NCBI GenBank assembly: GCA_030324005.1
Contig: JARDVH010000128.1
Span: forward strand, 35,685,589 to 35,749,588
Length of the DNA: 64,000 nucleotides
Direction: 5' to 3'
From: Negaprion brevirostris
Taxonomy: Eukaryota
The position numbers and the translations under genes were made by a program. Of this stretch, positions 37,650 to 51,716 are shown in pieces (within the stretch, counting starts at the first letter, position 1; every line of letters starts with the position of its first letter). Below the pieces are notes generated by a model that saw only the letters and a list, made by a program, of their open reading frames with translations, made no database searches and was not told the origin of the DNA.

Positions 37650-37814
37650 GTAAGCATAATTTTTCTGTCTCATTTGTTATATTTGGATTTTTTGCTATTG
37701 TGCTAGAGAACATGGCTGTTCACTGATGGATTCGTAGTGACAATGGCCATTACAATGATCCCAGTAAAATCTGCAAGATTTCTGTACATAAAATTATTTA
37801 TTCTGCTTTTCCAG

Positions 37815-38069
37815 GTCGATAATCGAGTCAGAGAGTTGGTCAACTTGTTGGTTTTTGGAAACAAACAAGAAACTTCACCCAAGTCCTTCAAGGAATGGCT
37901 GTCCTCGCAGTTTGCCAGCCAAACTGAACTCCAGGACCAGTTAAAAAATTTGGAAATGAAAATCCTCAAAAATCTCACTCAACATTGGATTGAAACAAAA
38001 AAACTACCAGATGCACAGGTAGCTGCGTGTGCGGTCACTAATGCTGGGATAAATGGCATTTCAGAGGAG
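37815..38069 (+). CDS. SUN1: SUN1 exon (VDNRVRELVNLLVFG...NAGINGISEE)
   Basis: ttttccag| acceptor and |gtgag donor. Matches VDVQVREMVKLLF...SSQF...AGASGITEA. Confidence 0.94.
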
Positions 38070-38399
38070 GTGAGTTCTGTCCCAGTTGTTACTCTACCTT
38101 CACTTGACCCATTACCTCTTTGGACCTTGCCCTGCTCCTTTAGTTCGTCATTGTGGCATCAGAGTTAACGTAACGCTTCTTATTGTGGTGCCTAGTCTGT
38201 TGGTTAAGGTGCTCCAATGTTCCTCTCTGATTAACACAACAGAACTTGTCTCACTATGTAGAGACTAGACACTTCCCTATTCATTTAGAAACAGAGCTTC
38301 TCTATTTCCTGTTTTCCCTGAGTATCGAGAAGCAATTAAGAAATCTGTGGAAGCAATAGAAGGCTTTGTGTAGGGTTTAACCATCCCTCCACTTCCTCC

Positions 38400-39135
38400 T
38401 GCATGTGCAATCTGTTGCCAATTCTGCCTTATTTCGCTTTAAAACGTTAGCTGTCCTTTTGCCGTCTGCAACCAAATCGCCGTTCCTTTGTTACTTGGAG
38501 GCTTGATTTTTTTTCTCTCGGGTTGTCCTTGCTGGCCTACCCTGCACAAACTAAATCATACAAAATACTCTGACCTTTTGTCTTGGGTGCATATCCCCAT
38601 CACCTCTGACCCTGAGCTGTAGCAGCTCTCCACACATAAACAAATTGAACTTTAGATCCTCATATTCACTTTCAAACTTTATGGATCTTCAGCTGCATAT
38701 GCCTGCAAGAATCCTCCACTTTGACCTACACCTTGATACACACACTGCTCCTCTCTCTGGCCATTCATCGGCCACATTGCCCCATCTTTTGGAATTTCTT
38801 TCAATAACTGTGAATTTTTTGATTTACATTCTTGTTTCCAAATCCTTCTGTAGCTTAGGCTTCCCTATCTTTCATCATCTTGACAACCCTCCAAGATATT
38901 AGTGCTCCTCTAATTCTAGCCTCTTAAGCAACCATGATTTTAATCATTCCACCATTAGCTGCTTTACCTCCAGCTGCCTAGAATTCCCTCCCTAACCCTC
39001 TCTGCTTCTCCATATCTTTCTTTCTTTAAGATTGTCCTGACCAATCTCTTGTCACCTGTCCTAACACCTCCTATGTAACTGGAGTCAGATTTTGCTTATA
39101 CCCCTGTAAAGCACTGTGGGATGTTTTCCTACATT
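38400..39135 (+). mobile_element. Degenerate L2 LINE 3' fragment
   Basis: C-rich L2-type 3' region ending cctgtaaagcactgtgggatgtttt...acatta. A similar tail lies at about 50600-50770. Confidence 0.55.
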
Positions 39136-40027
39136 ACTTCATGTTGTTGGCACCCCATCAAATTTCACTGCAATCAGTGAAGTTTCATGTGCAGGTTTTA
39201 AATTCAGCATTTTGCAAATCTTGTAACCGTAATACACACTACCCAATTTTTGGTAAGTTACTGCCATGTCAGAGATTTTTATGTTGGACACTATTTGAAT
39301 TTAAGATATTAGCATTACGGCTTGTTTGTGTGTAATTACTAACAAAACTGTCTTGAGCTGTCATTGTGTCTTTGTGCCGAAGAAGTTTATTTAAAATTTA
39401 CTTGTGCCATAATACATTATTTAGAAAGTTATAATCATGCCGGTCCATGGTGGTTAAATGCGTGTCATTGTGCACTTGAAATATTTTGACTGCTTCTCGA
39501 GATATTTCCCTCTGACCTTTTCCAAGGGTTGTTAAGTACTAGAGGGGGTGAATGCTTTCGTATCTACAGGTGCTGGACCGCTTATCAGACATCCCAAAAT
39601 CTGGAAGGACCTGAAAACTGGGTCCTGTGCTGTAAACTACAATGGTACAAAACTACAGCATTATGCTGATCTCCTGCTCTTTGAGTGCAGGTTTAACGGC
39701 AGAATCTGGTCTGGTCCATTGTTCCTTCCTTTGCCTATCCCAAATGGGTTCAACTTGGTGGCAATATCAGCCCAATTCTATTCTCTTTTCCACCTTCCAC
39801 CACAGCATCCTACAAACATAAGACCCAAAATCCTCATATCAGTCCACGTCTTGTCTGAGCTTCTTGGATATGGGGTCCAGTGCCTCTAGTTCGATGTACT
39901 TTACTTGTGTCCATCATTAATATGTCTAAGAATGAATATGGTTTCATAACTCTAGAAGTGTGCAGTTTTTCAGCCTTTAAGTTTTTAATTTTTATTTCCT
40001 GTCATGTCTTGCTTACTCGCTGTCCAG

Positions 40028-40112
40028 CAAGTGCGTGTAATCGTGGACAATGCTTTGAAACTGTACAGTGAAGATAAAACTGGAATGGTGGATTTTGCTT
40101 TGGAATCGGGAG
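40028..40112 (+). CDS. SUN1: SUN1 exon (QVRVIVDNALKLYSEDKTGMVDFALESG)
   Basis: Conserved helix before the SUN domain with the DKTGMVDFALESGG motif. Canonical splice sites. Confidence 0.96.
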
Positions 40113-42941
40113 GTAAGTAGCTGCGGCGGGTTTGGGGGAAAAAAAATACAAAAGCATACAAATTCATATGAACAAAAATCTATATTAACATACCTAATAT
40201 TGACCTTGTGTGGGAGCGAGAGCAAGACCTGTGACAAGTCGGGTATAAATGGTTTGACCTGCTTTCATTTTCCATTTTCTGTGCAATGTTTCACTTTGTT
40301 TTGAGTTAAGAGAACTGGTGATTTGTATGTTTCTCCAATGCAAATAAATTTTTAATCAACATTGGAGAAGATAGTGGGTGTTATAGAAATTTGCACTCTT
40401 GATTAAATATATATAGTTTGCTTCCAATAAATCTTGAAGCACTGATCTGGCTGCTCTACCTCTTATCTGTCTTTGCAAGGGACTTTTTATTTGAAGCATG
40501 CAGCAATCTATTTCCTCCCATAGTCCAAAGTTGCATGGGTTAGGTTGATTGGCTGTGCTAAATTGACTCTTTATGTCAAGGGATTAGCAGGGGTAAATAT
40601 GCAGACTTGATGCACTGAATGGCCTCCTTGTGCACTGTAGGGAATCTATTTACTGGATTGTGGTATGCTAGCAAACCTTGTTACATATATTTTCCACATA
40701 ATTACTTATAATTAATTGTTCAGTGTATCTGAATATGCAAATCAAAAAGTCAGATCTATTCTTTGTAACAACATCGTGGTTTCTGGATGCAGAGCTGAGT
40801 TCTGTATCTGATATGCTTATGTCTCTGACCATGTCCTGAACAGCAGGTTTTACAGTTACATTAAGGTATTGGATGAGTTATTTCCATTGAATTGCATGCC
40901 AGAATTTTTGACAGTTGCTTAATAATAGCCCACATTTCTTTCAAAATCCAGTTTTCCAGGTAAGACAAACGACACTTCCCACTAAATTCAGTACTGATTA
41001 TAGTCGTATCCAGAAATTTCTCATTATAGAAATCCATGCAGTTCACATTTTCTGGGCGTGTACACACTTTCCAACAAATAAACTATTAAAACAATGTACA
41101 AAGGCTCAAAGTGGCAGGACCCGTTTGCATGATTGTCACCTACTTAAAGATTAGATCATTTTCTTCTGATTGAAGGAATTAACAGCACAATGAAACAATT
41201 CTGCCCAATAAATGTTTGTCAAGGTATACAATCTTTGAAATTGAAGCCAGTAAATCCATAAATGTTTGACTGACTCCTTGGATAAACCTTGCTGTGCTTC
41301 TGCAGAGATTTAAGTCAGGCAAAAGATTAAACAGCTTGTTGTGGTTTGAGATTTTATATTGATTAGGAACCCTTCTGGAAAAGTGATCTATTAGCAAAAG
41401 AAATTGATGCATCACTTGGATTCCATTCAGTCTCCACAACCATAGAAACTTGCTATGAAACCAAATGATTTGTCATCAGCTGTAACTCAATCAATCTGGT
41501 AATTTGACCTGTGCAGAGGATGGGACACGCGCATTGCGAAAGAGACCAGATTGCATATATAGTGTTCCTTACTCTATTTTAGAGAAGTTCCAATCATAAA
41601 TAGCCACAGCAGCAATACATTTGGAAGGTTGCAGATATTTCCTGCAGTGCCACCTAACATGTCACGCTGCTGCATGACACCTGTGCAGCAGGTGTAACTT
41701 CCTAAGTGTTACATTCAGATCTCTCTTTAAAATTTGAATATTTTGAATAGGGACTCCATGATTCTGAAAAGCTACAAATAAATGAGTTCAACAGGAAGTG
41801 GAAGTAGCTGCAAATACATTTAGCTGAGAACTCGCTGAAATGTCCACTCTGTTGGGGACTGATATATTCGGAAGTGATTGAACTAGTAACTTTATTCGAG
41901 TCAGTAACTTGGCAATCANNNNNNNNNNNNNNNNNNNNNNGGATGCCTGAGCATGTTGTACAATAAATGTGTTTACTATTTTGCTAACTGGCAGTGTGCC
42001 TTAGTCCTGCATGTGGTCAGATTATAGGTGACCTGACTATCATCTGTTCAGAAGATATTAAAATATGATGTCCATTTAAAAATCAAGTTGGAATAGAGCT
42101 TAATCTAAATGGGCAAAAATTGGTAGCATCAGATTGGCTGTGCATTAAATGCAGCACCTTACATTTAATTCCAGTGACTAATAGAACTGAACATAATAGA
42201 TGGATGACCTTGTACCAACCATTTTCAACTGAAGTGAATTTCAATCCCAGTTAATGAACCATAAAAATCCTACTATCCGCTCTTAAAGTACCTGAATAGA
42301 CAAACAAAAAATGTAGGTGTTTATTCAGATCCAGTCACCTGTAACTTAATTGGTCTTCAAAAACAAATAGCCAATAACCCAGGCAAGTAAATTATCTTGA
42401 AGTTCTACAAATTTGTGTCCTGGGCATGAACTAACATTTCATGTCCTTATTTTGATGCTGACTAACTTATAGCATGTTTCCAGTACAAGTCAGGGGCGAT
42501 ATACTTTTATACTTCAGGAAGGCAAGGCATTTTAGGTATTCATTTTTAAAAAGACAAAAGCTGTCCTCTTTGTGACTATGGTGCATTTCCCTCCAACAAC
42601 CTCATTATGGCCTCTAATGTGGTTCATCACATCACATCTCCAACGCCTCTTTATTGTTCAAATCTGAAGGTGTGTGTTGGGTTCCTCCCATTTATCTGAT
42701 CACTACCAGCAATGATTTTCCGTTGCCCTTTTATGCCTTTACATTGCATCCTCCAAGGATCCTTCTCCTAACTGTCCTCTGATGTCTTCACAACATGCTC
42801 AATGTCCTGTTGGCCCAATTGAGATCTTCAATGCTTTTTAGACAAGCAATAGTTAGGGTCAGGTGAACTCAAATCCTTCCCAAAAATCACTTGCACTGTA
42901 GAGTTCTCCATCTCTTACTGCATCTGTCTTTGTATTTTCAG

Positions 42942-43057
42942 GAGGCAGCATCTTGAGTACTCGTTGCTCGGAAACTTATGAGACTGCAACAGCTGTGATG
43001 AGCCTTTTTGGAATTCCACTTTGGTATTTCTCTCAGTCTCCTAGAGTGGTGATTCAG
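42942..43057 (+). CDS. SUN1: SUN1 exon, SUN domain / KASH-lid (GGSILSTRCSETYETATAVMSLFGIPLWYFSQSPRVVIQ)
   Basis: Nearly identical to SUN1/SUN2 SUN-domain sequence. Canonical splice sites. Confidence 0.97.
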
Positions 43058-44499
43058 GTAGGTAGATTGGAAAATAATTTACAAGTTTTCTTTGTAATAA
43101 TTTGTAATGCATATCTGTGACATTATTACAGCAGGTTTAGACAAAAAGGGTAAATGACCTTCAACAGAAAGCTATATAAGCACGAGTGTCAAATGTAGAT
43201 AGTACAAAATAAAGGAGTTGGAGAAGGCTTGAGTGGAACATAACCACCTTCTAGTGTGGCTGAATGAGTTGCTTCTGTGCTGTAAATTGTATATAATGCT
43301 CATAAATGAGATCTTGCCGCAGTTGATCAACGGCAGACTTAGAAACATGAAAGGGCTCCGAATGTGTACATGCGCTAGACTAAAGTGCTATATCTAGTAT
43401 TTCTTTAACTCCTTTATTCACATTGTGTCTTTTAAAATGATTTCAGAAAAATGAAAAACCATCGTCTGCCAGGAATTTTGATTTTGTGCCCATTTAATCT
43501 TGTGGCTTTCCTTTTAAGAAACATCACTTTTCAGGATCCCTTGCAAAACGCTGGGAAAAAAAATTGTGCTAACTCAATGACTAAAACAAAACAATTTCTG
43601 CTCTTAAAATACTAATGACTATCTATACTGAATCCAATTGAACCATAAATCAGTTAGTAGCAAGGCTTATTTTTGTCGGAACATGAGCAAAATTGATCCA
43701 GTCAATATTGTAATAAACCTTTCTGCTCCAAAGGAAAATGTCTTTCGAACACACACATTTTCTCTCTAATTGGTCTGAGTTTTTGGTATTGGTGATTCTT
43801 TTCACTTCAAGATAATTTACTGCCAAAACTAATCGTTGATACAGGTATCGATCCATTTGTTTACTCAACAGTGTGATAGTTTCTTGGTTAAAGCCACTTC
43901 ATTTTGTGGCAATTGAAAAGGTTTTTTGAGAGTTTATTTTTGGATCAAAGACCACTAATGCCATTGATAGGAAGTGAGTTGACTGGATCAGCAGTGCCAG
44001 AACCAAGCTTGCTCTTCAGTTAATAACTTGCCATTCGTATCATTACATAACTTATAGCATAGAAACAGGTCCTTCAGACTAAATGGTTCAAGCAGTATTA
44101 ATGTTCCAAACAAACCTCCTCTCATAGTCTTCATCTGTACCTGTCTGTATATCACTTGTTTCCTTTCACCCTTATGTGTTCATCTATCTTCTCCTTAAAT
44201 TCTGCATTCTCTCGTTTCCTTCTCCATGAATGCTATGTCTTGTCTGTACAACATGCAGGAAACAATACTTTTCATTGTAAATACATGTGACAATAATAAA
44301 TCAAATCAAAAATGCATCTATTCTTGGCATCTCTAAATACATTCACAATTATTAGTCAGAGGTATTTTACTAAAACCCTCCCTGCTGACTGCACTGAGTG
44401 CAGATCTAATCAGAGGGCATTACAAATCCAGGTTCACAGAAAACTTTAATATCTGTTTCCAAATGTCTGCCTGAAATTTGTCCTGAACATCACCTAAGA

Positions 44500-44890
44500 A
44501 ACAGGGGCAGGATAGAATATTAAGATTTCTCCCTAGCCTGCCCCACCATTCATAATGATTAAGGCTGATTGTTTGGTTCAACTCCTCTTTCACACCCACT
44601 CCTCATATCCCATGATTCCCTGAGAGACCAAAAATCTGACCTATTTCAGTTATAAAAATGTTCAACATTGAACATCCACAACCCTCTGTAGTAGAGGATT
44701 CCAAAGATTCATGTCACATTAGAGAAATTTCTCCTCATCTCAATCCTAAATGATTGACCCCTTTACCTTGATACTGTGCCCAGAGTTTTAGATTCCCCAA
44801 CCAGGGGAAAGAACCAGTGTGCCTGCCCTGTCAAGATCTCTCAGTATCTTGTATGTTTCAATGAGATCATCTATCGTTCTTTGAGAAACC
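44500..44890 (-). mobile_element. CR1 LINE 3' end fragment
   Basis: Same pattern as 57780-58150. Confidence 0.65.
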
Positions 44891-45649
44891 CAATTGACTC
44901 AACATCTAATGAAACAACTGCTCTATGTAAGGAAGTGTGAATGGTAAATATGCATTCAAAAATATCTTGGGGGGCTTTACTTTGCTCTGTGATCTTTTAC
45001 TTACCTGGGTTTTTTCTCTCTCTCTCTCTTTTTCATACATACAATCTCTTAGTCATTTAAATCTTCTTATGATTAAATATTCCCTGTTAACGATCATCCT
45101 CAAACAAGCAGCATCCTCTTCAGCGCAATATTTGTATAGTTGTTCCCCCTGGTGGCAGAACTCATGAACATCTTTCAGTTTTATTTTCTCCACAGCCTGA
45201 GATGGTTTTTAAATTATGCTTTTTACATGTAGCTCTGCACAGTGGGGTAATGGGATTCTGCAAACTGGAGAGATGTGATTTTGACAACAGCATTATCAGG
45301 AAAATATATTAAAGCCCACTTGCATATTGCAAATCCTCAGATTTTTCTTTGATTCTGTGAAACCAGGATTCTTCCAAGTGTATCATTGTTGAATGTGGTT
45401 TGCCCGGAAAATCCCAACGAGGATTCCCCAGTGTAGGTCAGGCAGTGACAGGTGGCTGAAGAATGCTAATGCTAATCCATTGCCACCCAAGGTGGGCTTA
45501 AATAGCTGGAATCTAGTCACTGACCAGGCTGTTGCTTGACTGTGTGCACATGCTAAATGTCTCGATGCACATTGTAATGATTTTAATGCCACAATGAAGG
45601 ACCTAATGTGTGCATGCTGGATTATCGCCAACATGCTGTAATTAATATA

Positions 45650-46212
45650 AAAGCAAAATATTGCAGATGCTGTAATCAAACAAAACAAAACTGGAAAATC
45701 TCAGCAGGTCTGGCAGCCTCTGTGGGGAGAGAATAGTATTGACGTTCTGGGTCTAGATGACCCTTTGTCAGAGCTGGGAGCANNNNNNNNNNNNNNNNNN
45801 NNNNNNNNNNNNNNNNNNNNNNNNNNNNNNNNNNNNNNNNNNNNNNNNNNNNNNNNNNNNNNNNNNNNNNNNNNNNNNNNNNNNNNNNNNNNNNNNNNNN
45901 NNNNNNNNNNNNNNNNNNNNNNNNNNNNNNNNNNNNNNNNNNNNNNNNNNNNNNNNNNNNNNNNNNNNNNNNNNNNNNNNNNNNNNNNNNNNNNNNNNNN
46001 NNNNNNNNNNNNNNNNNNNNNNNNNNNNNNNNNNNNNNNNNNNNNNNNNNNNNNNNNNNNNNNNNNNNNNNNNNNNNNNNNNNNNNNNNNNNNNNNNNNN
46101 NNNNNNNNNNNNNNNNNNNNNNNNNNNNNNNNNNNNNNNNNNNNNNNNNNNNNNNNNNNNNNNNNNNNNNNNNNNNNNNNNNNNNNNNNNNNNNNNNNNN
46201 NNNNNNNNNNNN

Positions 46213-46274
<62 letters not shown>

Positions 46275-46780
46275 GACACGGCAATGTAAATGAGGGGACT
46301 GAAGGTTGAGAATGTTCTAAAAGTGTCCATTAAGTGATCAGAATGTATGAATGGCAGAACAGAGGTACAGATGGTCAGGGGACTGCCTGGGAATTATGGC
46401 AGTTGCTCTTAAAAGTGAGAAAGAAGGATGTTAAAAGGAATGAATGAGATGAAACAAAATAAAATAAATGGAAATAGGACGAAGGTGGAGGAGAGAGTTC
46501 ATGCTGTGAAATTGTTGAACTCAATATTCAGTCCAGAAGGCTGTAAAGTGCCCAATCGGAAGATGAGGTGCTGTTCCTCTAGTTTGCATTGGAGTTCGCT
46601 AGAGCATTGCAAAAGGCCAAGGATGGACATGTGGACAGGAGAGTCTGGAAATGGCAAGCGACAGGATGTTCTGGGTCTCCTTGCGGATGGATTGAAGGTG
46701 TTCAGCAAAGCAGTCACCCAGTCTGCATTTGGTCTCCGATGTAGAGTAGATCGCATTGGGAGCAGTGAATGCAATAGACC
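45650..46780 (-). mobile_element. Penelope-like element remnant spanning an N gap
   Basis: Minus-strand HMSILGLLQCSSELQCKLEEQHLIFRLGTLQPSGLNIEFNNF resembles the C-terminus of the Penelope GIY-YIG ORF. The associated motif ctggaaaatctcagcaggtctggcagc recurs at about 27660 and 50005, and inverted at about 47490-47615 and 54370-54480. Confidence 0.65.
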
Positions 46781-48789
46781 AACTCTAATTAAAAGCTGAT
46801 ATCTTTCTGCAGCTCCTTTGTTTAATGTTTACTTTAATGTTTACTTAAAGGAATAATGATTAGTTTCAACTATGTGTGTGTCTCTGTGGCGGAGAAGTGA
46901 GTGTTCTTGCCTCTGCTCCGAAATGCAATATTTTGGTTTCAAGTTCCACACCACGTATTGAGCACAAAAATCAAGTCTGATTGCATACATTGTCTTTCAG
47001 ATGAAACATCTGGACCAAGATCCATCTATCTGCATAGGTATATGTAAAGATCTTGGGGCAATATTTTGAAGAGCAGGGTGTTTTCCCCACTCATTGTGAA
47101 TATTTATTTATTTTTTGGCCAGCATTTATAGCCCTTGGAGAGCAGTTGAAATTGCTGTGGCTCTGGAGTCACATGCAGACTAGACCATGTAAGGATGGCC
47201 TATTTTATTCCCCAATGGACATTGGTGAACCGGATGGGTTTTTCCAACAATTGTTTCATGTTTGTTGATAGATTCTCAATTCCAGACATTTTTAATTCAA
47301 ATTCCACCACCTGCCATGATGGGATTCAGATCTTGGTCCCCAGAACATTAACTGAGTTTGTGCATTAATAGTCTAGTGATAATACCACTAGGCCATCGCC
47401 NNNNNNNNNNNNNNNNNNNNNNNNNNNNNNNNNNNNNNNNNNNNNNNNNNNNNNNNNNNNNNNNNNNNNNNNNNNNNNNNNNNNNNNTGAATCCAGATGA
47501 CCCTTCAAGGTGCAACGTTGGCTGTATTTTCTTACCACAGATGCTGTCAGATCTGCTGAGATTTCCCAGCATTTTCTGTTTTTGTTTAAATTCCAACATC
47601 TGCTGTATTTTGCACTTATCATTGCCACTGGGGGGGTGGGGGGAAGGGTGTGTGTGTGTGTGTTTAAAAAGTATAATCTAATCACTGAAAAGGCTGTTGC
47701 TTAACTCTTAACTGCACACACTAAATAAATAGATCATGACCAGATTATCTGGCCATTACCACAGTTCTGTTTGTGGAAGTTTGCTTTGTTTTTTTTAAAA
47801 AAACCTGCAAAGTACTTAATTAATTGTAAAACACTTGAGACACCTGGTAGTTGTGAAAAGTGCTAGTCTGCTTAAATTCTTGGATTCACCTTTCAGATGG
47901 TGCATCTTAGCCATAGTTTGAAAACTGTAGCAGCACAATCTTGTGGGTTGTCTTTGCTTCTCTATTCCCTTCCAAACATACAGATTCATTCCCAACGTCC
48001 TGAACAGCATCCGAATTGATTAGTGCTTCACACCTAACGTGGCAAAGCTTTTGTGCCTGACTCTACGAGTTATGTATCAGAAATGCTTTGCAAAGCAATT
48101 TGCTGCAATCCCTGTTTGAATTTTCTCAATGTACAGAATTCCTACATATAAATATGGCAATTTAGTTTTAAGTACTTTTACTCAAGACAGTTGGATGGTA
48201 TGTTTTAACCCATTCGTGACTTTTTTCTTGTGCGACATGTGTGATAATTCTAAAGATTGTACAAGGTGACTTGTGCCATTTTAAATGGATTGTGTATTTC
48301 ACCTCCACCTCAATCCTAAATGTTGTTAAATCTGAATGCTTACAGTATCATCTGTTTCCTGTTTAGCAGTCTAGAATTGCTGGCTAGAGGCAGCTTGGGA
48401 ATAAGCATTTTGTGTAGTGATCTTCTGACTGTGATGTAGAATTCAGCTCCAAGGATATGGCAAAGAAACAGCAATCACTATCCTTGTTAAATTTCTCCTC
48501 CTCATTTTGCCTCCATTTTTCTTCCCTCTTAACCCTCTTGTGCTAGACACTCAACTTTTAAATCTAGACGGAGCCCATCAGTGGTCTATTTGTGCAGGAC
48601 TTGTAGTCTAGTCTAACCCATTCCCGTCCTGGTCCAAAATAAATAGCACATTTTCCAGCTGGGGCAATTGCATAGCAGTTGGGAGAATTGGCTAAACATT
48701 CCATCAGCACCTGGGCGAAGAGCCCAGTTGTACTGTCTCCATTGCAGTCACCAATGAGATTGCTTAACTTGACTTAGAGGTGCGACTTT

Positions 48790-48986
48790 CATAGAATCAT
48801 AGAAACCCTACAGTGTAGAAAGAGACCATTCGGCCCATTGAATCTGCATCGACCATAATCCCACCCAGGCCCTATCTCTATATCCCTACATATTTACCTG
48901 CTAATCCCTTGAACCTACACATCCCAGGGCATGAAGGGGCAATTTATCATGGCCAATTAACCTAACCAGCACATCTTTAGACTGTG
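48790..48986 (-). mobile_element. HE1-like SINE 3' part
   Basis: atagaatcatagaaaccctacagtg...ccattcggccca...aacctaaccagcacatcttt. Confidence 0.75.
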
Positions 48987-49630
48987 TCCTGGTCTGAATG
49001 TCTCTGTATCTCACACATGATGGCTTTACCTCCTGAGCCATCTGGAGGACAGCTGTCTCCATTCATAAATGCCCTGGGAGTGGAATTTTTATGATGTTGG
49101 ACAAAAATGTCCTGCAAAGCAATTTGTCAGACTGATTGTGTAACAGGACTCTGCAACCAACCATTCTGAAACATAAAACTGATTAACAAGGAGTGACTTG
49201 AGACAGAACACTGACAGTAAGCTATCTCCCTACAGGGTAATTTGGATTATGGCCACTTATCATTTTCTGTTACAAAAACAGATTCACTCAAACTGAATGA
49301 AATGTTGTGGATCTTGACTTATGCTGAGGTTTTTGCAGGACTACAGGGAAAAGGCAGGGGAATGGTACAATGTGTATTGCTCCTTCAGAGGGTCAACACA
49401 GATGACGGATGAATTACAGCCTCCTGTGCTGNNNNNNNNNNNNNNNNNNNNNNATCTATAATTCCATGAGATGAAGTGATGGAACATTGTAGAATTCACA
49501 ATACTTGTGTCAAAACCTAGGATCTGAAAGCTGAAAAATTGAAGAAATTGAAAATCTAAAGTTTGCAGTAGTTTTGAAGGGACCTGAGTGTGGAATGTTT
49601 ATAATGCTTCTTATTCCTGTTCTCTTGCAG

Positions 49631-49798
49631 CCAGATGTTTATCCTGGAAACTGCTGGGCATTCAAAGGATCCCAGGGGTATCTGGTTATTCGCCTTTCTG
49701 TGGAGATCTATCCTTCTGCTTTCACTCTAGAACATATACCAAAGTCTCTTTCACCAGCAGGCAATATCAGCAGTGCACCAAAGGACTTCAGTGTTTAT
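49631..49798 (+). CDS. SUN1: SUN1 exon, SUN domain (PDVYPGNCWAFKGSQGYLVIRLS...SSAPKDFSVY)
   Basis: Hallmark PGNCWAF and SSAPKDF motifs. Canonical splice sites. Confidence 0.97.
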
Positions 49799-50224
49799 GT
49801 AAGTATTAGCAAGTGATGGTTGGGGAATAAGGGGATGGAAAGCATTAATCTGCTGAGGTGACCTTGGTCTCGTTCTACATCCACTCGTGAAGAGTGACCA
49901 GACATTCCTAGTGTTAGATCTGCCTTTTGCTTTTAAGTGGCTTAGAAACCATACATTCCTAGAGTATTAAATCAAAATGCTGGAAACCTGACATAAAAAC
50001 CAGGTGCTGGAAATAGTCAGGTTTGGCAGCATCTGTGGAGAGAAAACTAGTTAGTGTTTCGAGTCGAAAGTGACTGGTGTCAATTTGAAAGGTAGTTCCT
50101 CTCCTCATTTAGAAGGTTCTTTTTCAGAAAGAAAAGTTGCACACGCCTTGATAGCATTTTAAGAGGCTTTTTATATATTGCATTTTCTGAGTAACACAAA
50201 ACTGTCTTGTACATTCTTGTTCAG

Positions 50225-50317
50225 GGCCTTGATGATGAATACCAAGAAGAAGGCACAATTTTTGGAAAGTACACATATGATCAAGATGGAGAGGCGATAC
50301 AGACTTTCCTTGTCAGG
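50225..50317 (+). CDS. SUN1: SUN1 exon, SUN domain (GLDDEYQEEGTIFGKYTYDQDGEAIQTFLVR)
   Basis: Matches GLENEYQEEGQLLGQFTYDQDGESLQMF. Canonical splice sites. Confidence 0.96.
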
Positions 50318-50872
50318 GTAAGTTGGTTCCAAATTTTGCTTCTTTAAATTGCTTTAAACCTTTCCATATTTTTAGAAGCTAATTCAGATTTTTGTAAGGT
50401 AGCTTTGCAATTGCATTTTATGCTCAATTGATGAATTATCTCAATGCCTTGGTGTTTGAAAACTGTAGCTGGAATATCGTCGGCATTGGGAATATTTGTA
50501 TCCCGTTCCAGTGCTGGCTGACAGTTACAGAACATTGTTTTGATACAGATGTAATGTCAAGAGCTGATCAGATAACTGTTTGCAAGATTAATTTGGTTTG
50601 TTTTTAAAGTCTTCAGCTATCTTGGCCCTAAGATCTAGAATTCCCTGCTCTAAACTACCATCCTGACAGTTTTTGGTCACTGGTCCTAATAACTCATCAT
50701 GTGGCTCAGTGACCATGACCATTTCAGCGAAACGCCTTGGAATTTTCCTGCATTAAAGATGTTATGTAAACACGATGCGTGAAATAATTTGAGGAATGCA
50801 CCTCCATTAGATAATTGTTTGAGTACATAATTTTTCCTTTTTTCGTTCTACCCTCCCCTCTACAAATCATAG

Positions 50873-50989
50873 GAGGAAAGTTTGAAGAGCTATCAAGTAG
50901 TTGAACTCCGAATATTCTCCAACTGGGGTCACCCAGAGTACACATGTCTTTATCGGTTCAGAGTGCATGGAAACCCTAGGAAGCAATGA
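50873..50989 (+). CDS. SUN1: SUN1 last coding exon ([38 protein letters not shown])
   Basis: SUN-domain C-terminal motif followed by TGA at 50987-50989. Confidence 0.97.
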   Translation, partial: EESLKSYQVVELRIFSNWGHPEYTCLYRFRVHGNPRKQ

Positions 50990-51665
50990 AACGTGGACTG
51001 CACTAATATTGTATAAATTGTAAATACTGGAAAAACTGGGAATAATTCTGGACACTGGAATTTGTTCTTGGGAACTGTGGCATGAATAACGTGTACTGCT
51101 GAATCACCTATTATCAGATGCTTTAAGAACACTGCCAGCTGAACGGTTAATGGCTTTGTCATCTTTTTAGAGAATGTTTGTCTTGTTTTTATTTTGGTGA
51201 ATGTCTGGTGTGTTTGCTTAGCACAACAGGAATATCGAATGCCTTTCCATTTGGAGAATGTGGAAAGAAATTGATGTACAGAGTATTTTATTGGACATTG
51301 GATAATGTTTATTTGTATATTGCACAACAGTCCTTGTATTTGTAAAGAGAATACTTCAAAATATAAACTTATATTAACCAATATAATCCATATATTTAAC
51401 TATTGACATTAAACCTGTGGCCTATGTAGAAATACTTGGAATATAAAATACACTCATGTTACCAGCTATGATATGAAACGAAGTGTATTTCCTCCTGTAA
51501 AGCAAATTTAGAGATTTTGGGGAAGGGACTTTGTGAATAACTATTTATTTTTCAAGAGCAACATAGGACTTTGTGCAATGTATTTTTGTAATTTTTTTCA
51601 CACTGTCTTGAAGTGTTTTTATTTCCTTGGCTGTCGCTGAATTGACAATGCTGTTCAGATGTTTA

Positions 51666-51716
51666 AATAAAGAATTTAATTTTTTGAGAGCCTGCATGTA
51701 ATTGAGACATAATAAA
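51666..51716 (+). terminator. Candidate SUN1 polyadenylation signals (AATAAA at 51666 and 51711)
   Basis: Two AATAAA hexamers about 0.7 kb after the stop codon, followed by GT/T-rich sequence and then repeat-derived DNA. Confidence 0.55.

Larger units (their letters stand above)
3325..50989 (+). other. SUN1: SUN1 gene span (start to stop codon), SUN domain-containing protein 1, 20 visible coding exons
   Basis: Spliced translation begins MDFSRLHTYAPPQYVPENTGYTYALSSSYS and ends with a SUN domain ([23 protein letters not shown]). It is collinear with vertebrate SUN1, all introns are GT-AG and phases are consistent. The visible CDS is 2574 nt. Confidence 0.96.

Noticed and set aside
46212-46272. 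~60-nt poly-C run giving poly-Pro/poly-Gly ORFs
   Set aside because: It is a pure homopolymer abutting a large N gap, typical of a sequencing or assembly artefact, and is not coding.
42942-50989. Possibility that the gene is SUN2 rather than SUN1
   Set aside because: The N-terminal MDFSRLH...ENTGYTYALS, CDDCKG and GKAASG.FWWLG segments are SUN1-type.
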